This document shows positions 55,987 through 64,000 of a DNA stretch of 64,000 nucleotides, piece after piece; position 1 is the first letter of the stretch; the number at the start of each line of letters is the position of its first letter. The notes below the pieces were generated by a model that saw only the letters and a list, made by a program, of their open reading frames with translations, was not told where the DNA came from and did no database searches. This DNA comes from Candidatus Yanofskybacteria bacterium CG10_big_fil_rev_8_21_14_0_10_36_16 (GTDB lineage Bacteria > Patescibacteriota > Minisyncoccia > 2-02-FULL-40-12 > IGHO2-01-FULL-4-A). The stretch is taken from positions 24,533 to 88,532 of the forward strand of contig PCXQ01000006.1 in the NCBI GenBank assembly GCA_002794035.1. Direction: 5' to 3'. The translations under genes and the position numbers were made by a program.

Positions 55987-57825
55987 ATGTGTGGAATAAT
56001 AGGTTATGCAGGCAATAAAAATCCCATGCCAATACTCATTGGCGGTTTAAAGCGCTTGGAATACCGCGGTTATGATTCAGCAGGCATAGCGATATTAAAT
56101 GCGAAAAAATTTTATGTCCAAAAAAGTGTGGGCAAAATTGAGCAACTCGTAAAAAAAATATCATATAGACAAAATATTGAAGGCGGTGTGGGTATTGGCC
56201 ATACAAGATGGGCAACACATGGAAAACCAACCTTAACAAATGCACATCCCCATAATTCCTGTGATAACAAAATATGGGTAGCACACAATGGCATTATCGA
56301 AAATTATAAGGATATAAAAAATCAGCTTATTGCCAAAGGCCACAAATTTAAATCAGAAACAGACACAGAAGTGATTCCACACTTAATAGAGGAGTATTCA
56401 AAAAAAGGTTTTGATTTTAAAAAATCTGTTAGACTTGCCATGTCTGACATTAAGGGAACTTATGCTTTAACAATAATCAACTCGGATGAACCGGATAAAT
56501 TAATAGCGGTAAAAAATTCCAGTCCACTTCTTATAGGAATTACAAAAAACGGCCAGTATTTTGCTGCGTCTGATGCCACAGCTTTATTGACCCATACCAG
56601 AGAAATTATTTATCTCAATGATAAAGAAATGGCCGTTTTGAATGGTACAGGGTATCAAATAGAAACTATTAGTGGCCAATCAATTAATAAAAAGATTGAA
56701 GTATTGAAAGAAAAAGAAGAGTCAATTCAAAAAAGCGGATTCCCTCATTTTATGCTTAAGGAAATTTTTGAAGAACCTGAAGCGGTAGAAAATGCAATAA
56801 ATGGACGCCTTATATACAAAGAGGGCACTGCAAAACTTGGTGGCATTGAAACTATAAAAAATGAACTAAGCAAGATTAACCACTTAACAATAACAGCATG
56901 TGGAACAGCTTATCTTGCCGGACAAATTGGCGAATATCTAGTAGAAGAATTATCCGGCGTTAGCTCAAAGGTAGAATATGCTTCTGAATTCAGATATAAA
57001 AACCCGGTTATTAAAAACAACTCTGCCATATTAGCAGTAAGCCAGTCAGGAGAAACTGCCGATACCTTAGCAGCGCTTTATGAAGCAGAAAGAAAAAACT
57101 GTTTAACCTTAGGCATAGTCAATGTCGTTGGATCTTCAATCGCCAGACAAACTCACGCTGGCATATATAATCATGCAGGACCTGAAATAGGTGTTGCATC
57201 AACCAAAGTTTTTGTTTCTCAGCTTTCTGTTTTGATTTTATTGGCTTTATTTTTAGGTCGCCAGCGGAATCTTTCCCTAACAGAAGGCAAGAAAATAATA
57301 ATGGAGCTTTCGTCTTTGCCAAAAAAAATGCGTCAGATTTTAAAGCAAGCACCTTTGATCAAAAAAATGGCACGTAAATATTCAAAATTTGACAACTTCC
57401 TTTATCTTGGCAGAAAATACAATATGCCTATTGCATATGAAGGGGCTTTGAAACTTAAAGAAATTTCATATGTACATGCTGAAGGATATGGAGCAGGCGA
57501 GATGAAACACGGACCAATTGCAATGATAAATAAAAATTTTCCTTCTGTGGCAATAGCTACCACCAACAGTGTTTATGAAAAAATGGAATCAAATATTGAA
57601 GAAATAAAGGCTAGAAACGGAAGGGTTTTGGCTATAGCAACAAAGGGCAACAAAAAAATAACAAAGTTGGCTGATGATGTTATTTATATTCCCAAAACTC
57701 TAGAACCGCTTGAGCCCATACTAACTGTTTTACCATTACATCTTTTTGCATACTACTTTGGAGTATTGCGAGGTTTTGATGTAGACAAACCCCGCAATTT
57801 AGCCAAATCAGTTACAGTAGAATGA
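55987..57825 (+). CDS. glmS: Glutamine-fructose-6-phosphate aminotransferase
   Basis: MCGI, LEYRGYDSAG, HTRWATHG, SQSGET, KHGP, PRNLAKSVTVE. Confidence 0.98.
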   Translation: MCGIIGYAGNKNPMPILIGGLKRLEYRGYDSAGIAILNAKKFYVQKSVGKIEQLVKKISYRQNIEGGVGIGHTRWATHGKPTLTNAHPHNSCDNKIWVAHNGIIENYKDIKNQLIAKGHKFKSETDTEVIPHLIEEYSKKGFDFKKSVRLAMSDIKGTYALTIINSDEPDKLIAVKNSSPLLIGITKNGQYFAASDATALLTHTREIIYLNDKEMAVLNGTGYQIETISGQSINKKIEVLKEKEESIQKSGFPHFMLKEIFEEPEAVENAINGRLIYKEGTAKLGGIETIKNELSKINHLTITACGTAYLAGQIGEYLVEELSGVSSKVEYASEFRYKNPVIKNNSAILAVSQSGETADTLAALYEAERKNCLTLGIVNVVGSSIARQTHAGIYNHAGPEIGVASTKVFVSQLSVLILLALFLGRQRNLSLTEGKKIIMELSSLPKKMRQILKQAPLIKKMARKYSKFDNFLYLGRKYNMPIAYEGALKLKEISYVHAEGYGAGEMKHGPIAMINKNFPSVAIATTNSVYEKMESNIEEIKARNGRVLAIATKGNKKITKLADDVIYIPKTLEPLEPILTVLPLHLFAYYFGVLRGFDVDKPRNLAKSVTVE

Positions 57826-58511
57826 AAGCCATTATCCTAGCAGCAGGCAAAGGCACTCGAATGCAACCCCTAACAGAAAAAGTGCCCAAACCTCTCATAA
57901 AAGTTATGGGCAAACCCTTAATAAAGCACATATTAGATTCTTTGCCCCCAGCAATAGACGAACTTATTATAGTAATAGGGTATAGAGGAGATCAAATTCG
58001 TGAATTTTTAGGAAATAAACACAATGGAATTAATATAAAATATATTTTTCAAAAAAACACTTCAGGGACAGCTCACGCCCTTTTATTATGTAGACCATTT
58101 CTGGGCAAAGAAAAATTTTTGGTTCTATTTGCTGATGACATTCATGGTTCTGATGGATTAAAAAATGTCATTAAGCATGAGTTAGCACTAGTTGTAAGCA
58201 AATCAAAAAATCCTGAAAAATTCGGAGTTATTATTACAGACAATGAAAACAGAGTGATCGATTTTGAAGAAAAACCTCAAAAACCAAAGTCCAATTTGAT
58301 ATTCACAGGAATAGGAATTTTAGATCATAGGATTTTTAACTACAAAAGTTCTAAAAATATAACGCTTGGTGAATACTATCTAACAGATATGATAAATCAA
58401 TTAATACGGGATCACAAAGTTATCGCTGAACCAGCATCTCTTTGGATTCCTGTAGGATATCCCAGAGATATAAAAAGGGCAGAAAAAATATTAAAAAACA
58501 AAAATGACTAA
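57822..58511 (+). CDS. Sugar-phosphate nucleotidyltransferase (GlmU N-terminal-like)
   Basis: ILAAGKGTRMQP..PKPL, GTAHA, EEKP, EYYLTD; no hexapeptide repeats. Confidence 0.88.
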   Translation: MKAIILAAGKGTRMQPLTEKVPKPLIKVMGKPLIKHILDSLPPAIDELIIVIGYRGDQIREFLGNKHNGINIKYIFQKNTSGTAHALLLCRPFLGKEKFLVLFADDIHGSDGLKNVIKHELALVVSKSKNPEKFGVIITDNENRVIDFEEKPQKPKSNLIFTGIGILDHRIFNYKSSKNITLGEYYLTDMINQLIRDHKVIAEPASLWIPVGYPRDIKRAEKILKNKND

Positions 58512-59445
58512 AAAGATTACTGTCATGGGCGGAGGAACAGGCGTTTACACTGTTTTGTCTTCTCTCAAAAATAAAAACTTAGAACTATCTGCGATAGTTT
58601 CAATGTGTGACGATGGTGGTTCAACCGGACGCCTTCGTGATGATTACGGGGTGTTGCCACCGGGGGATATACGAAGATCTTTAGTGGCCCTTTCATCAGC
58701 TGAAAACCAGCTAAGAAAATTGTTCGAGCATCGATTTGCAAATGGAGGTCTTGCGGGACACAACTTTGGCAATATTTTTTTAGCAGCACTTGAAAAAACA
58801 TCAGGCAATTTTTATAACGGCGTTAAGTTGGCTTCTCAAATTCTTTCTGTAAAAGGAAATGTCGTGCCAGTAACATTAGACGATGTCCGACTATATGCAA
58901 AGCTTGAAAATGGTAAAATAATAAAAGGAGAGACCAACATAGATATACCAAAACATAATCCCAAACTAAAAATAACCTCTATTTACACAAAACCCAGAGG
59001 AAAGGCCAACCCAGATGCTATAAAAAAAATACTAGAGGCTGATTTTATCATAATTGGTCCCGGAGATCTTTATACCAGTATTCTGCCTAATCTTTTAATT
59101 TCAGGGGTGTCGAATGCCCTAAGAAAAACAAAAGCCAAAAAAATATACATCTGTAATTTAATGACAAAAAAAGGAGAAACAAATAAGTACACTGGAAAAG
59201 ACTTTGTAGAGAATTTAGAAAATTATTTAGGTAAAAATGTTTTGGACTACGTATTGATCAACAACAAAAAACCAGGCAGAACAAGATTACAAAAATACTC
59301 AAAACAAAGGTCTGAAATTGTAATAATGCCACGAGGATTCAAACCCAAAGGATTAATAAAATCAGACTTAATAACAAATAAAGGTTTTATAAGGCATGAT
59401 ACAAAAAAATTAGGAAGATTAATTTTAAAAATAATAAATACCTAA
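58504..59445 (+). CDS. yvcK: YvcK/GlmR (UPF0052) family protein
   Basis: GGGTG, DDGGSTGRLR, PPGDIR, GHNFGN, GPGDLYTSILPN, RHD. Confidence 0.92.
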   Translation: MTKKITVMGGGTGVYTVLSSLKNKNLELSAIVSMCDDGGSTGRLRDDYGVLPPGDIRRSLVALSSAENQLRKLFEHRFANGGLAGHNFGNIFLAALEKTSGNFYNGVKLASQILSVKGNVVPVTLDDVRLYAKLENGKIIKGETNIDIPKHNPKLKITSIYTKPRGKANPDAIKKILEADFIIIGPGDLYTSILPNLLISGVSNALRKTKAKKIYICNLMTKKGETNKYTGKDFVENLENYLGKNVLDYVLINNKKPGRTRLQKYSKQRSEIVIMPRGFKPKGLIKSDLITNKGFIRHDTKKLGRLILKIINT

Positions 59446-59447
59446 AA

Positions 59448-59476
59448 TTGACAAATACCCAAAATCAATTTATATT
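59448..59476 (+). promoter_or_regulatory. Sigma70-type promoter
   Basis: TTGACA-N17-TATATT. Confidence 0.6.
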
Positions 59477-59552
59477 ATTCAATACGTGCCCAAACATCAT
59501 ATTCATAAAAACCGTAACCACAAATCAGGCAAACACCAACTAGGCCTTAATA

Positions 59553-60203
59553 ATGAAAACGTTAAAAATAAACCTCGCAGAGGATTATTCTTCAAAAATA
59601 AATGATATTATAAAAGTTCTTAAAAAGGGCGGTGTTATAATTTACCCAACAGATACCGTCTATGGGCTAGGAGTAAATGCAATTAATGAGAAGGCGGTAG
59701 AAAAATTATTTAAAACAAAAGAACGTCACGCAACAAAACCATTGCCTATAATTGCGAAGAATATGAAGTGGGTAAAAGAGTTAGCATATGTACACCCCAA
59801 ATTAGAAGACAAACTTCCTAAAATTTGGGAGTTAGGCCCTGTCACTATAATACTACCCAAAAAGGAACTGGTGCCGGATATTGTAACCTCAAAGCAACCG
59901 AATATTGCTATAAGAATTCCTTCTTTTGATTTCACAGACAAACTATTGGGAAAATTCGGTTACCCTCTAGTTGCAACTTCCGCCAATATTTCGGGTCTTA
60001 AAGAATCAGGCAAAATTGATAGAGTAAAAAAAATGTTCTGGATGTACAGAACATGGAAACCAGATTTAATAATTGATGCAGGGGACTTGCCTGAGTTAAA
60101 ACCATCAACCATACTTGATTTAACGACTATTATGCCTAAAATACTAAGAAAGGGAGCGATAGATGAAAAAAAGATATGGGAAATATTGGGAATTAAAAAT
60201 TAA
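59553..60203 (+). CDS. tsaC: L-threonylcarbamoyladenylate synthase (Sua5/YrdC)
   Basis: YPTDTVYGL, K.R..KPL, GPVT, IAIRIP, TSANISG, PSTILD. Confidence 0.93.
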   Translation: MKTLKINLAEDYSSKINDIIKVLKKGGVIIYPTDTVYGLGVNAINEKAVEKLFKTKERHATKPLPIIAKNMKWVKELAYVHPKLEDKLPKIWELGPVTIILPKKELVPDIVTSKQPNIAIRIPSFDFTDKLLGKFGYPLVATSANISGLKESGKIDRVKKMFWMYRTWKPDLIIDAGDLPELKPSTILDLTTIMPKILRKGAIDEKKIWEILGIKN

Positions 60204-60219
60204 TTTTTAAATCAAAATT

Positions 60220-61368
60220 ATGTCTATAAAACAACTAATTAAAAAAGAAGAGTCTCGACAAAAAAAAGTAATAAATCTTATTGCGTCTGAAAATTATGCA
60301 TCTAAAAATGTTTTGGAGGCTCTAGGATCCTCTTTGGTCAATAAGTACGCTGAAGGATACCCAGGTAAACGATATTATTTCGGCAATAAAATAGTTGATG
60401 AAATTGAAAGCCAAACCAAAGAATTGGCAACCAAGGTGTTCGGTCTATCTTCTCAAATGTGGAATGTTAATGTTCAACCGTATTCAGGAAGCAGTGCCAA
60501 TCTTGCCGCCTATTTAGGCTCAGTGGGGCCGGGATCTAAAATATTAGCAATGTCTTTAGAGCATGGCGGGCACTTAACTCATGGGCACCAAGTTAGTTGG
60601 ACTGGTAAATTATTTAATTTCAAACACTATGGAGTTGATAGAAACGGATTGATTGATTACGAGGAAGTTTCAAAAATAGCAAAAGATTTTAATCCTGACA
60701 TAATAGTATGCGGAGCAACGGCATATCCTAGAATACTTGATTTTGAAAAATTTGGTGAAATAGCAAAATCCGTAAATTCATTATTAATGGCAGACATCTC
60801 TCACATTGCAGGACTTATTGCGGGAGAAGTTCACCCATCTCCATTCCCACATGCTGATATTATTACCTCAACCACACAAAAAACACTTCGCGGGCCAAGA
60901 GGTGCATTTATTATTGCTAAAAAAGAACTAATGGAAAATATTGATAAATCTGTTTTCCCGGGTCTTCAAGGTGGACCGCATTTACACACCATTGCTGCCA
61001 TGGGAGTAATGTTTGAGGAAGCATTAAAACCAAGTTTTAAAAAATATGCAAAACAAATAGTAAAAAATGCTAAGACATTAGCAGACGAACTGCAAAATTT
61101 GGGCCTAAAGGTTATCACAGGCGGTACCGATAATCATTTGATGCTTGTTGATGTTACATTTCTTGGCTTAACAGGAAAACAGGCAGGGGAATTGTTGGAA
61201 AGCAAAAACATTATAGTTAATAAAAATATGATACCCTTTGACCCACGGAAACCTTGGGATCCATCAGGAATTAGATTGGGAACCTCAGCTGTCACCTCTC
61301 AGGGCATGACCGAAAAAGACATGGTTAAAATAGCTCAGAAAATTTATACTATTTTAACCAAAAAATAA
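60220..61368 (+). CDS. glyA: Serine hydroxymethyltransferase
   Basis: LIASEN, NKYAEGYPGKRYY, GGHLTHG, STTQKTLRGPRG, SGIRLGT. Confidence 0.97.
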   Translation: MSIKQLIKKEESRQKKVINLIASENYASKNVLEALGSSLVNKYAEGYPGKRYYFGNKIVDEIESQTKELATKVFGLSSQMWNVNVQPYSGSSANLAAYLGSVGPGSKILAMSLEHGGHLTHGHQVSWTGKLFNFKHYGVDRNGLIDYEEVSKIAKDFNPDIIVCGATAYPRILDFEKFGEIAKSVNSLLMADISHIAGLIAGEVHPSPFPHADIITSTTQKTLRGPRGAFIIAKKELMENIDKSVFPGLQGGPHLHTIAAMGVMFEEALKPSFKKYAKQIVKNAKTLADELQNLGLKVITGGTDNHLMLVDVTFLGLTGKQAGELLESKNIIVNKNMIPFDPRKPWDPSGIRLGTSAVTSQGMTEKDMVKIAQKIYTILTKK

Positions 61369-61371
61369 TTA

Positions 61372-62208
61372 ATGATATTAGTTGACGGTAAAAAAATAGC
61401 AAATAATATTCTTGATAATTTAAAATCAAAAACAAACCAAAAGCTAAAATTGGCGGCAATTTTAGTCGGCGATATAAGTAATGCTAAAAAATTCCTTGAG
61501 GTAAAACAAAAAGCAGCTGAAAGAGCTGGGATAGGTTTTGAGATTTATGAATTTAGTGAAAATATTGAACAAAACAAACTTGAAGAAGAAATTAAAAAAA
61601 TAGTTGATGATAATAATAATTCAGGAATTATTATTGAATTGCCCATACCTAGCCATTTGGAAACACAAAAAATACTCAATCTTATACCAAAGGAAAAGGA
61701 TCCTGACGTATTGTCCAACGACGCTCAGAATGAATTTTTAAAAGGCAATTATATTGTTTTGCCTCCGGCAGTCGAAACCATAAAACAAATTTTTGAAAAT
61801 TATAAAATATCACTTAAAAACAAAAAAGTGGCGATATTTGGCCACGGAATTCTTGTAGGAAAACCAACTGCATCGTGGCTGACAAAAAGCGGTGCTCAAG
61901 TACAAACAATTGATGAGTTCACGCCAAAAAAAGAAGCAGCCGAACATTCTCTTGAAGCTGATATTATAATATCGGGGGTAGGAAAGTCCGATTTAATAAA
62001 TTCAGAAATGATAAAAGATGGTGCAATACTTATTGATTTTGGTTTTAACCCTTCGACAAATAGCTCAGGGCAAGCAAAAATAGTAGGAGACGTAAGCCCT
62101 AGAGCGCTAGAAAAAGCATATCTTGCCACACCAGTGCCTGGAGGTGTTGGTCCAATTGTTGTCGCAACTGTTTTTAAAAATTTAATTACACTAAACACAA
62201 GGAGATAA
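61372..62208 (+). CDS. folD: Methylenetetrahydrofolate dehydrogenase/cyclohydrolase
   Basis: DGKKIA, ELPIP, KDPD, VGKP, GDV, TPVPGGVGP. Confidence 0.93.
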   Translation: MILVDGKKIANNILDNLKSKTNQKLKLAAILVGDISNAKKFLEVKQKAAERAGIGFEIYEFSENIEQNKLEEEIKKIVDDNNNSGIIIELPIPSHLETQKILNLIPKEKDPDVLSNDAQNEFLKGNYIVLPPAVETIKQIFENYKISLKNKKVAIFGHGILVGKPTASWLTKSGAQVQTIDEFTPKKEAAEHSLEADIIISGVGKSDLINSEMIKDGAILIDFGFNPSTNSSGQAKIVGDVSPRALEKAYLATPVPGGVGPIVVATVFKNLITLNTRR

Positions 62209-62263
62209 AATAAAGCCCTTACACTCATACTTGAATGCAAGGGCGCAACCCCACTTGGGATTT

Positions 62264-63385
62264 TTAATTAATATAGTGAAACTTATCCGGACGTTTAAGA
62301 ACAGGGGGTTTATCTTCTTCCTTTTCACCGCCATCTTTGCTTTCAGGCTCTATAACATCATCATTTTTTCTACGAAGTTTTGGTCTACTATCATCATATT
62401 CCTTGTCTTTACGCCTAAACTCCTCATTTAATGTGACAAGTCGATCTTTAACCGATCTAAACTCGGCGGTATTTAAAACATACTGGTCTTTATTTGGTAA
62501 GCACTGCATTAAATCTTGTATGGTTCCCGCACGTTTGCTATTGGGCGGGTGACTGGAAAAAACCTTAGCTAAAGTACCTTTTTTCCTTTTTTCCAAAGCA
62601 GCCAATTTTTCAAAAACATCTACCATAGAACTTGGATCATATCCGGTAGCCCATAAATATTGCAGTCCCAGCCAGTCAGCCTCTGTTTCAAAATTTCTTG
62701 AAAACTTTAGAAAGGTCATGGGAATAGCAAGACTAGCACCTTGATATATCGCATAACCTGCCCATCCGCCACCAGTCATAATCATTAAGGGTATACTTGC
62801 CAAATTAGCTATCTGACCACGAGTTGCCTGCTTAACTCCATGACGCGAAGTTACATGCGCAATTTCATGAGCCATTACACTAGCCATTTCAGATTCATTG
62901 TCTACATTCAACACTAACCCTGAATTAATAAAAAAGAAGCCTCCCGGTAAAGCAAAGGCATTAATTTCAGGACTATCAATCATTTTTATAGTAAATGGAA
63001 CCTTGGCGTCTGAATTTCTAACTAAGTTTTGCCCAACCCTATTAACATATTCAGAAATAACCGGATCATCTATAATTTTTGCATATTCTTCTACCTCTTT
63101 AGCCATTTGACTGCCTAGGGCAATTTCTTTCTCAATGGAATAAAAATTTAACCCTTGACCCACATCTCTTGCTCCAATTTCATCAAAATTAAAATATTCA
63201 CCCTTACAGCTAATACTTACTTTGTTTTTCTGAACATTATCAAGATCAGATTTTTGTGTTTCCTTGTTGCTATTTGATGGTGCAGGAGGAACATCTGTTG
63301 AACCAGCGTTGTCTTTAGCTGCACATGAACACAGAAACAAACAAATTAAAACAAAATGAGCCATGCCAGACATTTTTTTTGTCAT
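62264..63385 (-). CDS. M48 family zinc metallopeptidase (BepA/YfgC-like catalytic domain) with lipoprotein-like signal
   Basis: INAFALPGG, AHEIAHV, FSRNFETEAD, SSHP; LFLCSC N-terminus. Confidence 0.9.
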   Translation of the reverse strand: MTKKMSGMAHFVLICLFLCSCAAKDNAGSTDVPPAPSNSNKETQKSDLDNVQKNKVSISCKGEYFNFDEIGARDVGQGLNFYSIEKEIALGSQMAKEVEEYAKIIDDPVISEYVNRVGQNLVRNSDAKVPFTIKMIDSPEINAFALPGGFFFINSGLVLNVDNESEMASVMAHEIAHVTSRHGVKQATRGQIANLASIPLMIMTGGGWAGYAIYQGASLAIPMTFLKFSRNFETEADWLGLQYLWATGYDPSSMVDVFEKLAALEKRKKGTLAKVFSSHPPNSKRAGTIQDLMQCLPNKDQYVLNTAEFRSVKDRLVTLNEEFRRKDKEYDDSRPKLRRKNDDVIEPESKDGGEKEEDKPPVLKRPDKFHYIN

Positions 63386-63999
63386 CTTTCTCTCCTTTCT
63401 TTCAATTTTTCAACTGCATACTTGGCGTATCTACTAGTGGGATATTGTTTTATTATCAACCAAAGAGGATCGTCTTTATCAAACCATGTTCCCATATAAT
63501 AAAGTGCTGCAGCAGCTGTCATTTCACTTGTTTGATGAGGATTATTGTAAATAAGGCCGTCTTTTTGTCTGGGTTCAACAAAAACAAAATATTTATCACG
63601 AGGATAATTTTTAATTACATTTTTTAAGTATTTTTTTGTTTTTTTCTCCCAATTTTTGTCATATAAGGAAGGCGAGTAGTAAGGACTTTGCTGGTCAAAT
63701 TTATCCTCAATACCAAGCTGTCTATGAAATCCGGCCATCATTAATTCTACCTCTGCAATAAAATTGCTTTTAGGATTATCCTTAACAAAATCATCTAGAC
63801 AGCTTATTAAGCTTTTCAATGTACCCATTTGATCAACCAAGGTTAAAGATTTCTCGCGAGGAATAAATGGCCTTAGATAATATTGAACACAAAAATATAC
63901 TTCAAAAAATTCTTTTTTTTGGTCATAATTTAAATATTCAGTTTTAGAACTGGGGTCTCCCTTATTTAAATATTGTCCAAAAGATATTTGGCCAAAACA
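63382..63999 (-). CDS. TPR-like helical protein; 5' end lies beyond the window
   Basis: Frame stays open from 63840 to the window end; FVKDNPKS, VIKNYP, IIKQYPTSRYA repeats. Confidence 0.6.
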   Translation of the reverse strand, partial: CFGQISFGQYLNKGDPSSKTEYLNYDQKKEFFEVYFCVQYYLRPFIPREKSLTLVDQMGTLKSLISCLDDFVKDNPKSNFIAEVELMMAGFHRQLGIEDKFDQQSPYYSPSLYDKNWEKKTKKYLKNVIKNYPRDKYFVFVEPRQKDGLIYNNPHQTSEMTAAAALYYMGTWFDKDDPLWLIIKQYPTSRYAKYAVEKLKERRER

Positions 64000-64000
64000 A

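Noticed and set aside
63841-63926. Poly-A frameshift start for the last gene
   Set aside because: The reading frame is open to the window end, so no frameshift is needed.

Overview
AT-rich bacterial chromosomal segment. Almost every gene is on the + strand and standard code 11 is used. Gene content points to a Patescibacteria/CPR (Parcubacteria-like) genome: two type IV pilus clusters, a single-chain PheRS, a LeuRS-Nudix fusion, and secE-nusG-rplK with no rplA following. In order the window holds: a histidine kinase and response regulator; T4P cluster 1 (REC-PilB fusion, PilC, minor pilins, major pilin); an FN3 surface protein; an ogt/MGMT gene broken by a ~265-bp structured insertion; an island with strong Shine-Dalgarno sites (GT2, LysM plus beta-strand-rich repeats); a second kinase/regulator pair; three tRNAs surrounded by tRNA-derived repeats; guaB-like, pheS, gyrB, secE-nusG-rplK; T4P cluster 2 (PilN/O/P-like, PilB, PilT, PilC, pilin, PilD, minor pilins); then ligA, gatCA, M16 peptidase, AI-2E, rsmI, metG, tatD, leuS, an ECF sigma pair, glmS, NTP-transferase, yvcK, tsaC, glyA, folD and two minus-strand genes. 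The most striking feature is a family of ~105-126 bp elements with inverted ends, sitting exactly at the prepilin G|F-T cleavage codons of four minor-pilin genes and flanked by a TT(T/C)AC duplication. Each one turns the upstream leader into a short uORF and supplies its own start codon and a new leader ending SRAG|FT. Several other families of small palindromic elements occur in tRNA regions, intergenic DNA and in-frame within housekeeping proteins. All calls come from reading motifs; no database searches were run.
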